The translations under genes and the position numbers were made by a program. DNA of 64,000 nt from Minisyncoccota bacterium (GTDB lineage Bacteria > Patescibacteriota > Minisyncoccia > Phycocordibacterales > JBAYLF01): the NCBI GenBank assembly GCA_041664205.1, contig JBAYLF010000005.1:7063-71062 (forward strand), given 5' to 3'. How positions within the stretch are numbered: the first letter of the stretch is position 1; every line of letters starts with the position of its first letter. The notes under the pieces were generated by a model. That model worked only from the letters and a program-made list of their open reading frames with translations, searched no databases and was not told the DNA's origin. Of the stretch, positions 55,308-64,000 are shown piece after piece.

Positions 55308-57077
55308 TTAAATTGTTTTATTTTTAACGAATATATCCCACACTTTTTCTGTCTCTATATACCAGTTATATACGTTGTTAAATCGTTCTGCTGGAATTGC
55401 GAGTCCTCCAATTGAAAACCCTTTTACTTTTTGTGGAACTATGTAAATGAAATCGGGTGAATAAAGAAAAATAGCAGGAATATCTTTCTTTATTTCTGTT
55501 TCAAAATTTTTATATTGATTAAGTCGTTTTTGCTTATCATATATTAGGCGTCCATTTTCCAGTAATTTATCAATTTTAGGATTTACATATTGAGCGATAT
55601 TTAATCCGGGATCATTTCTTTGTGATGAATGCCAAAATGCATAAAGATCTAAATCTCTTCCTATTATTTCACCAAATAGAAGGGCATCGTATTTTCTAGG
55701 TCTTATTACGTTTTGGTTAAGATCTCCAGGTTCGAATATTTTTACATCAACTTTTGCTCCGATCCTTTCATATTGTGTTTTGAGTATTTGAGCAACCGTT
55801 TTTAATTCAGGTGAATTTGATGTTGATATTGAAAATTCCAAAGTCTTGGTTTCTTTTTTACTTATATTTTTTACCCTTACTCCATCGGAATTAATTTTCC
55901 ATCCATTTTTATCCAAAAGCGTTTTTGCATTTTCTATGTTTTGATCATTGTTTTCAGTTCCTTTTGCTTTATCTGTTGATGATTCTAAAACAGCTCTTGG
56001 AATAGGACTATTGTCTTCTACTCCATATCCTTGAAGGATTTCGTTTATAATTTGTTCTCGATTGACTGACATATCTAGGGCTTGTCTCACTTCTTTATAT
56101 GATAAAACTGGCGATTGGTTTTGATTTAAAAATAATCCGAATATTCTTGGAAGTGGAGATGTTTCGATTCGTGCGCCAGTTTTTTCAAAAATTTTTGCAT
56201 TTGATGGTGATACGCTGTTCATACTTTCGATTTCTCCTCTTTCATATGCAGCTATTAGATTTTTTTCATCAGAGTAAAATTTGATAATAATATTTTTTAT
56301 ATAAGGTTCTCCTAAAGCAAAATTATTAAAAGCGGTAAGTTCATAGTATTCAGGTAAACCTGAGGATGTTCTTTTTATTTTTGAAATTTTATATGGACCG
56401 GAACCGATCGGTTCTATGTTGAATTGACTGAATGTAAACTGATCAGATGTTATATTCCCCCAAATATGCTTTGGTAATATTCCTAATGTTGTGTTTTCTG
56501 TAAAGGGTGCATAAGGGCTTTTTAATGTAAATTTTATTTGTTTATCATTTATTTTTTCTACCGTAACACCATCCCAGTTTGCTCGCTTGGTGCTTTTTAA
56601 AGTAGAATCTTGAGCTTTTTTGATCGTGAATTCAATATCATCTGTTGTTACTGGAGTTCCGTCATGGAAATAGATATTGTCCTTAAGTGTAAAAGTGTAG
56701 ATTAGTCCATCCGAAGAGATAGTATAATCTTTTGCTAAGTCAGGAATAAGATTGCCATTCTCATCTGTTCTCATAAGTCCTGAATAAACAAGAGCAGTTA
56801 AATCATTGCCAGGTTCTGAACCGAACAGAAGGGGATTAATGAAGGGTGGGTATCCTATGACGCCCTCAGTAAGAGTGCCTCCTCTGGAAGGTATTTCCAT
56901 AAGAAAGTTATTATTTAGTTTGATCGCGATCCAAAATGCGCTTAAAGAAAAAATTCCAACAAACACAAAGAATATGAGCTTTTCGAATACTGAGAAATAG
57001 GAAACAACGCCATTTAGTTTATCTAAATAGTCTACATGAATTTCCTTATTTAAAATTTTTTTAATTTTTTCGTTCAC
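55308..57077 (-). CDS. ABC transporter substrate-binding protein, family 5 (oligopeptide/dipeptide-type), membrane-anchored
   Basis: N-terminal TM. About 590 aa with an SBP_bac_5-like organisation. Confidence 0.75.
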   Translation of the reverse strand: MNEKIKKILNKEIHVDYLDKLNGVVSYFSVFEKLIFFVFVGIFSLSAFWIAIKLNNNFLMEIPSRGGTLTEGVIGYPPFINPLLFGSEPGNDLTALVYSGLMRTDENGNLIPDLAKDYTISSDGLIYTFTLKDNIYFHDGTPVTTDDIEFTIKKAQDSTLKSTKRANWDGVTVEKINDKQIKFTLKSPYAPFTENTTLGILPKHIWGNITSDQFTFSQFNIEPIGSGPYKISKIKRTSSGLPEYYELTAFNNFALGEPYIKNIIIKFYSDEKNLIAAYERGEIESMNSVSPSNAKIFEKTGARIETSPLPRIFGLFLNQNQSPVLSYKEVRQALDMSVNREQIINEILQGYGVEDNSPIPRAVLESSTDKAKGTENNDQNIENAKTLLDKNGWKINSDGVRVKNISKKETKTLEFSISTSNSPELKTVAQILKTQYERIGAKVDVKIFEPGDLNQNVIRPRKYDALLFGEIIGRDLDLYAFWHSSQRNDPGLNIAQYVNPKIDKLLENGRLIYDKQKRLNQYKNFETEIKKDIPAIFLYSPDFIYIVPQKVKGFSIGGLAIPAERFNNVYNWYIETEKVWDIFVKNKTI

Positions 57078-57258
57078 GAGAAACTAATAACAAGTTTATT
57101 TAATTGAAGAATAAGTAAAATATTAAAAACAAAATGAGTTTTTATATTTTAGTTATGAATTAGATAGATCGAATCAAATTTAAAGACAGAAAAGTAAACA
57201 ATAAAATTTGTAAATTTTTATATGTTTTTAATTACGTCAGAAGCCTTAAGTTTGGCTA

Positions 57259-57495
57259 TTATTTTATAGTTAAAGCTAAGAATGAAGAAATTGTAAGCAA
57301 AATTGCAAATAAGATTGTGGCATTGAAAAGCACCTTTTCAAATCCGCGTCGGGTGTGATATGCACTGCTGAAACTGTCTCCACCACCAAAAGCTCCTCCT
57401 GCACTTGAAGATGTTTGCTGAAGCAAAATGGCAACTATCAATAAAACTGAAAGCCCAATTTGAATATATGGTAAAAATGGGATTATAAAATTCAT
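57259..57495 (-). CDS. secG: Preprotein translocase subunit SecG
   Basis: Two TM helices separated by the Gly-rich loop SSAGGAFGGGDSF, typical of SecG. 78 aa. Confidence 0.7.
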   Translation of the reverse strand: MNFIIPFLPYIQIGLSVLLIVAILLQQTSSSAGGAFGGGDSFSSAYHTRRGFEKVLFNATILFAILLTISSFLALTIK

Positions 57496-57540
57496 AAGTA
57501 ATAATAGTATACATGAAATACTTGAAAGAGCAATAGTTTA

Positions 57541-57569
57541 GCCCCCGTCTCATAAAAAATGAGACGGGG
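57541..57569. other. GC-rich hairpin CCCCCGTCTCAT-aaaaa-ATGAGACGGGGG with no U-tract
   Basis: 12-bp perfect stem between two minus-strand genes. Confidence 0.5.
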
Positions 57570-57587
57570 GCGTGGTTACGGTGTTTG

Positions 57588-57791
57588 TTAGCTATTTTCT
57601 ATCCGAAGAAGTTGAAAATTAAGGATTACTACTATATCATGCTTTTTTAGATTAAAGCTATCAGCAATTCTTTTTCCTAACTGATGAATTTGTTCTTGAG
57701 TAGTAATTCTTCCATCTTCTGTTACATATGCATTGCCAAATCTACTATCTGCTTGGAACGCAACAAAATATACATACTTTTTCTTTTTCAT
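57588..57791 (-). CDS. Small hypothetical protein (67 aa)
   Basis: ORF only. MKKKKYVYFVAFQADSRFGNAYVTEDGRITTQEQIHQLGKRIADSF... Confidence 0.3.
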   Translation of the reverse strand: MKKKKYVYFVAFQADSRFGNAYVTEDGRITTQEQIHQLGKRIADSFNLKKHDIVVILNFQLLRIENS

Positions 57792-57903
57792 ATCTTCTAT
57801 AAAAAAGAGTAAGGTAATATTAAAATTTTGTCAATAGTACGAACGTCCTGAATTTTTTTGACCCCTATTGATTTTGATGTTATTCTCTAAATTAGAAAAC
57901 GTA

Positions 57904-58443
57904 ATGAGAGCACATCAAATTGTCCTAATTAAACACGACAGAAGTTTAAATGAACCTAATCATCATAAACTTCAGTTGTTAACAGAAATGCTGAAATCGT
58001 ATCTTGATGGTGGGGTGCCACTTGTAATATCTTCTACTACTCCACATGCGATTCAAAGCGCAGAATTTGTTGCAGAAAGTTTTTCAGTAAAATTAAGGAA
58101 GAGTAAATTACTATATGATGCTAATCAGGATCACGAGAGACTTGAAAAAGTTTTTTCTATGATCAGAAATTTAAGTCATAAACATGATGCGAATGTAATT
58201 ATTTTAGTAACACATCATCTTTGTGTAACTGAATTTCCAGTGTTCGTTGCTAATAAAGTTTTCGGATCGAAACTCAAGAGGAACTTCGAAGTAAAACCTA
58301 ATGAGGCAGTGATCGTAAATTTAGACGAACATCATCCTTCTTTTTTAATGATGAGGCCAAAAAAATTGGATTTACATGAGTATCTTAAACATCACAATTA
58401 CGTTGTAAATTTACCATTTCGTAGACCGAATGCTTCTTCATAG
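57904..58443 (+). CDS. Histidine-phosphatase-superfamily-like protein (SixA/PGM-like) with KHD in place of RHG
   Basis: IVLIKHD..., PLVISSTTPHAIQSAEF and IILVTHH parallel the RHG..., ...SPlxRAxQTA and ...VxHG blocks. Start chosen at the Met of MRAHQIVLIKHD; the ORF-track start is 57868. Confidence 0.4.
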   Translation: MRAHQIVLIKHDRSLNEPNHHKLQLLTEMLKSYLDGGVPLVISSTTPHAIQSAEFVAESFSVKLRKSKLLYDANQDHERLEKVFSMIRNLSHKHDANVIILVTHHLCVTEFPVFVANKVFGSKLKRNFEVKPNEAVIVNLDEHHPSFLMMRPKKLDLHEYLKHHNYVVNLPFRRPNASS

Positions 58444-58455
58444 TTCTTTTTATAT

Positions 58456-58487
58456 AACCCACCTTTAATAAAAGGTGGGTTTTTTTA
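58456..58487 (+). terminator. Terminator AACCCACCTTT-aataa-AAGGTGGGTT + TTTTTT
   Basis: 11-bp stem plus T7. Confidence 0.7.
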
Positions 58488-58489
58488 AA

Positions 58490-58518
58490 TTGCAAAAGGT
58501 TGGCAAATAAGTATAATA
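58490..58518 (+). promoter_or_regulatory. Sigma70-like promoter TTGCAA - 17 bp - TATAAT upstream of groES
   Basis: Canonical -10 and near-canonical -35 read directly. No CIRCE-like inverted repeat found. Confidence 0.5.
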
Positions 58519-58584
58519 TAGGCCTCTTCAGAGGTTATCTGGGAGGCAAAATTAATTAAAATTATTAGTAACTTTAAATAAGAT

Positions 58585-58926
58585 ATGAAGAAACAAGAAA
58601 AAAAAGAAGAAAGATTCGCATCAAAAAGTATTATCGTTCCATTAGGGGATAAAGTTTTAGTAAAACCGCTATCTGAAGAAGATATGCACAAAAAAACTGC
58701 TTCAGGAATAATAATTCCTGACACTATAAGTAAGGAAAAGCCAGAACAAGGAAAAGTTATCGCAGTAGGTGAAGGAAAATATGACGACAACGGAAAATTA
58801 ATTCCTATGCAGGTAAAAGTTGGCGACAGAGTTTTATTTTCAAAATATGGATTTGATGAAATCAAGATCGACGATGAAGAATATTTTATATTAAGTGAGT
58901 CAAGTGTATTAGCAATAATAAAGTAA
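58585..58926 (+). CDS. groES: Co-chaperonin GroES (with a short basic N-terminal extension)
   Basis: IVPLGDKVLVKP...ASGIIIPD...GKVIAVGEG...VGDRVLF canonical GroES. Confidence 0.85.
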   Translation: MKKQEKKEERFASKSIIVPLGDKVLVKPLSEEDMHKKTASGIIIPDTISKEKPEQGKVIAVGEGKYDDNGKLIPMQVKVGDRVLFSKYGFDEIKIDDEEYFILSESSVLAIIK

Positions 58927-60708
<1,782 letters not shown>

Positions 60709-60734
60709 TTTCTCTGCTAATTATTTTTTAAGGC

Positions 60735-60768
60735 AAAATCATCCGAATAATCGGATGATTTTGTTTTC
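60735..60768 (+). terminator. Terminator AAATCATCCGA-ataa-TCGGATGATTT + TGTTTT
   Basis: 11-bp perfect stem plus T-tract. Confidence 0.7.
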
Positions 60769-60813
60769 ATGTTGAAATGCTAGATTTTTAATATTTATGT
60801 ATAATAGTGGAAT

Positions 60814-61413
60814 ATGGACAAGAATTTTTCAGCAATTTTAGGAGTAGCTCTAATTCTTATTGTTTTAATAAGTGGCGTTATCAATACTGTAAAAACTAAA
60901 ATTAATCAGACGCCCAATGAAAATTATTCATTGTCTGAAACTTCAATTTTATACAAAGATAAGACAAATGGTTATTCGATTTATTATCCCAAAGATTTTT
61001 CTATGATAGAAACCGATGATACAAAAACATTTGATATTCCGATAAAAAATTATTTTAATACTATACTTGCAAATGAAGCGCGATTAACTATTAGCAAACC
61101 TTCTTCAAAATGTCCGCAATCGGAAGGTGATCAAATAGTTTCTGCAGGTGAAATAAAATCAGGCGACATTGTTTTTAAAAAGGATAATTGGTCTGGAGTT
61201 GGAGCGGGGCAATTATATGTCGGTGCCGATTATACGACTTTAAAAAACGGACTATGCTATTCAATCCATATTTTTACACATAGCACTAATGGCGCAGGTT
61301 TTTATATAGATGATCCAGTTGAAATAAAGAAAATCGACGACGAGCATGCTGCTGATATGAAAAAGTTTTTAGAAGCCATAGATGGCATAGTTTCAACTTT
61401 TAAGTTTTTATAA
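60814..61413 (+). CDS. Membrane-anchored extracytoplasmic hypothetical protein (199 aa)
   Basis: N-terminal TM AILGVALILIVLISGVI. Beta-rich body. Confidence 0.5.
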   Translation: MDKNFSAILGVALILIVLISGVINTVKTKINQTPNENYSLSETSILYKDKTNGYSIYYPKDFSMIETDDTKTFDIPIKNYFNTILANEARLTISKPSSKCPQSEGDQIVSAGEIKSGDIVFKKDNWSGVGAGQLYVGADYTTLKNGLCYSIHIFTHSTNGAGFYIDDPVEIKKIDDEHAADMKKFLEAIDGIVSTFKFL

Positions 61414-61502
61414 ATGCATTATCTTTTGCGCGGTTATCCGATAGCTTTTTTATTGCCAGTAATTTGATATAATGCAATTATTATTTTAAATAATTTAAAT
61501 AT

Positions 61503-62060
61503 ATGAACACTACATTATGGATAATTTTAGGAATAGCTATTGTCTTGGTTTTGTGGCTAGTTTCAAGCTATAACAGATTTGTTACTCTTTTAACTCGAAC
61601 TAAAGAAGCTTGGGCGGACATTGATGTCCAACTCAAACGCCGATATGACTTGATCCCAAACTTAGTAAATACTGTAAAAGGTTATGCCGAACACGAAAAA
61701 GGAGTTTTTGAGAAAGTAACAGAAGCAAGAGCTAATGCTATTGGTGCGCAAAATGTAGGAGATAAAGCTAAAGCAGAAGATATGCTTTCCGGTGCATTAA
61801 AAAATCTTTTCGCTGTAGCTGAAGCTTATCCTGATTTAAAGGCGAACCAAAATTTTCTAGAACTTCAGCGAGAACTTTCTGATACAGAAAACAAGATCCA
61901 AGCCGCAAGAAGATTTTACAATGGCAATGTTCGCGATCTAAATATCAGCATAGATGTTTTCCCAGGAAACATTATTGCAGGTGCATTTCATTTTTCAAAA
62001 ATGGAATTTTTCCAGCTTGAAAACGAAGCTGAAAAGCAACCTGTTGAAGTTAAGTTTTAA
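61503..62060 (+). CDS. lemA: LemA family protein
   Basis: N-terminal TM then YNRFVTLLTRTKEAWADIDVQLKRRYDLIPNLVNTVKGYAEHE, the LemA signature. Confidence 0.8.
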   Translation: MNTTLWIILGIAIVLVLWLVSSYNRFVTLLTRTKEAWADIDVQLKRRYDLIPNLVNTVKGYAEHEKGVFEKVTEARANAIGAQNVGDKAKAEDMLSGALKNLFAVAEAYPDLKANQNFLELQRELSDTENKIQAARRFYNGNVRDLNISIDVFPGNIIAGAFHFSKMEFFQLENEAEKQPVEVKF

Positions 62061-62072
62061 TTTTTTACTTTA

Positions 62073-62534
62073 ATGGATAAGGAACTTCATCGCATAGCTA
62101 TAACCGCCATCATCTATAGAGATGATGGTCGGTTTTTAATTACTAGACGAAACTTAAACAAAAAAGCTTCTCCTGGAAAATGGACAGTGCCTGGAGGTGG
62201 TTTAAATGTCGATGATTACGTTGATACTCCGAAGACTCACGAAAATCAATGGTATAACACTGTTGAAAAAACTTTACGAAGAGAAGTGAAGGAAGAGGTT
62301 GGACTTGAAATAGAAAAGCCAGAATATCTTACAGATTTAACTTTTATAAGACCGGACAATATTCCTGTGCTTGTTTTGAGTTATTACGCTAAATATTCTT
62401 CAGGTGAAGTTGTGCTTAATGAAGAAAGCATAGATTTTAAATGGGTAAGTGTAGAAGAAGCAAAGAGTCACGATCTCATTGATGGGATTTTGGAAGAGAT
62501 AGAAATGGTAGATAAAAAATTGCGAGCCAAATAA
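62073..62534 (+). CDS. NUDIX hydrolase
   Basis: Nudix-like box PGGGLNVDD...LRREVKEEVGLEI, with an insertion. Confidence 0.65.
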   Translation: MDKELHRIAITAIIYRDDGRFLITRRNLNKKASPGKWTVPGGGLNVDDYVDTPKTHENQWYNTVEKTLRREVKEEVGLEIEKPEYLTDLTFIRPDNIPVLVLSYYAKYSSGEVVLNEESIDFKWVSVEEAKSHDLIDGILEEIEMVDKKLRAK

Positions 62535-62600
62535 CAATACCGCTTTGTTTGACATGAATAACGGCGGTGCTATCGTTATGTCAGAAAGGAGGTGGACATT

Positions 62601-63107
62601 ATGATTATATTTGCAGAAGGTTTGGGAGATCGATACCCAATTATTCCTTGTAGTGTTGCGCGATGGCTTTTTGAAAGAAGCTGGCAAAATTTAAAAGTTG
62701 TTTGCGAGATTGATTGGGATCCTGCTCCACAAGTAGCTATTTTAGATTACGAAAAAGTTCTTTGTCGATATTCAAAAATATATTATTTTAATGAAGAAGG
62801 CGGATGCACTAGAGTGTTGTTTCTTTATGAAAAGCAGGTTTGGATAGTCGATATAGTAGGGAAATACACAGTGGGTGATAATTTTTTGATACCAATACCA
62901 GTTTGTATTCGCAGAGAAGACCTTAAACCACTGTCTTTTCAGGAAAGGAATTATTTCTCAGGACTTAATAATATTAAGTATCTCCGTCCTATTGGTAAAC
63001 ACAGGCTTAAAAATGAAACAGCTTCAATTGTGAGTGATGGCTATAGTTTAATAGCTGTTCATGCCAAATGGAAAAAGAATGGAATTCAAGAAGAAGACTT
63101 CATTTAA
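62601..63107 (+). CDS. Hypothetical protein (168 aa) with a strong SD
   Basis: AGGAGG 8 nt upstream of ATG 62601. The ORF-track GTG start at 62592 is rejected. Confidence 0.5.
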   Translation: MIIFAEGLGDRYPIIPCSVARWLFERSWQNLKVVCEIDWDPAPQVAILDYEKVLCRYSKIYYFNEEGGCTRVLFLYEKQVWIVDIVGKYTVGDNFLIPIPVCIRREDLKPLSFQERNYFSGLNNIKYLRPIGKHRLKNETASIVSDGYSLIAVHAKWKKNGIQEEDFI

Positions 63108-63146
63108 AACTCCGGCCACTAGAGGTCGGAGTTTTTGCTTTTTTAT
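63107..63146 (+). terminator. Terminator AACTCCGGCC-loop-GGTCGGAGTT + TTTGCTTTTTT
   Basis: Imperfect 9-bp stem plus T-tract. Confidence 0.55.
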
Positions 63147-63185
63147 TAAAATATTGTAAAATTTTACTACATTAAACATTTAAAT

Positions 63186-64000
63186 ATGGCAACATTATAT
63201 ACACAACAATCTTCGAATATTAGAAAAACTTGGATTTTAATGACATTTTTTTTCGTCGTTATAATCTTTCTTGGGTGGGGATTCAGTTATATTTATGACA
63301 ATCAGGTGATTTTATATGGTGCTGTTTTATTCAGCATAATAATGAATTTTGTAAGTTTTTGGTATTCGGACAAGATAGCTCTTGCGACCGCTGGAGCAAG
63401 GCCTGCTACGCGCGAAGAATTTTTTGATTTGTATACCGTTACTGAAAATCTTGCGATAACCGCAGGACTTCCAATGCCAAAAATTTTTGTTATCAATGAT
63501 TCGGTCCCCAACGCTTTTGCAACCGGTAGAAACAAAGAACATGCAGCTATCGCTGTAACAGCAGGACTTCTTCGAGACTTGAACAGAACCGAGCTTGAAG
63601 GCGTTATTGCTCACGAACTTTCACATGTTGGCAATCGAGACATTTTACTTTCAACAGTCGTTGTCGTTCTTGTCGGATTTATTGCGCTAATTTCAGATAT
63701 GTTTTTAAGAATGTCATTTTGGGGTGGTGGATCAAGAGATAGAGAAGAGGGAAACTTGGGCATAGTAGTAATGTTGCTCGGAGTTATTTTTTCAATTCTT
63801 TCTCCGATTATTGCAACAATTATTCAACTCGCAATTTCTCGAAAAAGAGAATTTCTAGCTGATGCTTCTGGCGCGCTTTTGACCCGTTATCCTGAAGGAC
63901 TTGCAAGCGCTCTCGAAAAGATAAGTAAATTTAGCGCGCCAATGCAACATGCAAATAATGCAACAGCGCATCTTTATATTTCAAATCCATTTGGCGCAAA
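63186..64000 (+). CDS. htpX: M48 zinc metalloprotease HtpX, 3'-truncated at the window edge
   Basis: Two N-terminal TM helices. HELSHV zinc motif. Open reading frame runs to nt 64000 without a stop. Typical lemA-htpX neighbourhood. Confidence 0.85.
   Translation, partial: MATLYTQQSSNIRKTWILMTFFFVVIIFLGWGFSYIYDNQVILYGAVLFSIIMNFVSFWYSDKIALATAGARPATREEFFDLYTVTENLAITAGLPMPKIFVINDSVPNAFATGRNKEHAAIAVTAGLLRDLNRTELEGVIAHELSHVGNRDILLSTVVVVLVGFIALISDMFLRMSFWGGGSRDREEGNLGIVVMLLGVIFSILSPIIATIIQLAISRKREFLADASGALLTRYPEGLASALEKISKFSAPMQHANNATAHLYISNPFGA

Noticed and set aside
58488-58584. CIRCE heat-shock operator upstream of groES
   Set aside because: No TTAGCACTC-N9-GAGTGCTAA-like inverted repeat is present. 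Only a plain sigma70-like promoter and a 4-bp mini-hairpin.
63302-63614. Two minus-strand ORFs (77 and 95 aa)
   Set aside because: Antisense within the htpX coding region; HELSH motif and TM helices are on the + strand.

Overview
This 64 kb window is an AT-rich (about 35% GC) chromosomal segment with tightly packed genes. Its gene content is typical of a small-genome bacterium; a Patescibacteria/CPR-like origin is a guess from gene content only. I call about 75 protein genes and one tRNA. Most are housekeeping: secA (5'-truncated at the window edge), dCMP-deaminase-like, maf, obg, gatB, a gap-rpiB-rpe-split-transketolase pentose-phosphate cluster, a PfkB kinase, prfB, ftsEX, capA, an H+-pyrophosphatase, gdh, cysS, corA, a C-terminal processing protease, rplI, rpmA, RNase J, a peptide-type ABC binding protein, secG, groES-groEL, lemA and htpX (3'-truncated). 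Intrinsic terminator hairpins, often bidirectional, follow many genes. The accessory content is the part worth attention. (1) A 4-gene minus-strand block sits directly downstream of a tRNA-Gln(CUG): a SIR2_2-like NADase, a single-pass membrane protein, a small membrane protein and a SAMHD1/dGTPase-like HD phosphohydrolase. I rank this as the best candidate for an undescribed anti-phage or abortive-infection-like system. (2) A 695-aa secreted protein is built from two families of Cys-rich tandem repeats and ends in a Pro/Gln-rich tail. (3) A GC-rich 70-bp palindromic element occurs twice in 3' intergenic regions. (4) A 7-gene ECF-sigma / anti-sigma / MacAB-like efflux operon is present. (5) A diadenylate cyclase is fused to a YbbR-like domain. 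(6) A 134-nt GC-rich, apparently structured spacer lies between groES and groEL. (7) A canonical promoter is followed immediately by a terminator-like hairpin in a 309-nt intergenic region. All calls rest on reading the translations and sequence motifs by eye; no database searches were run.
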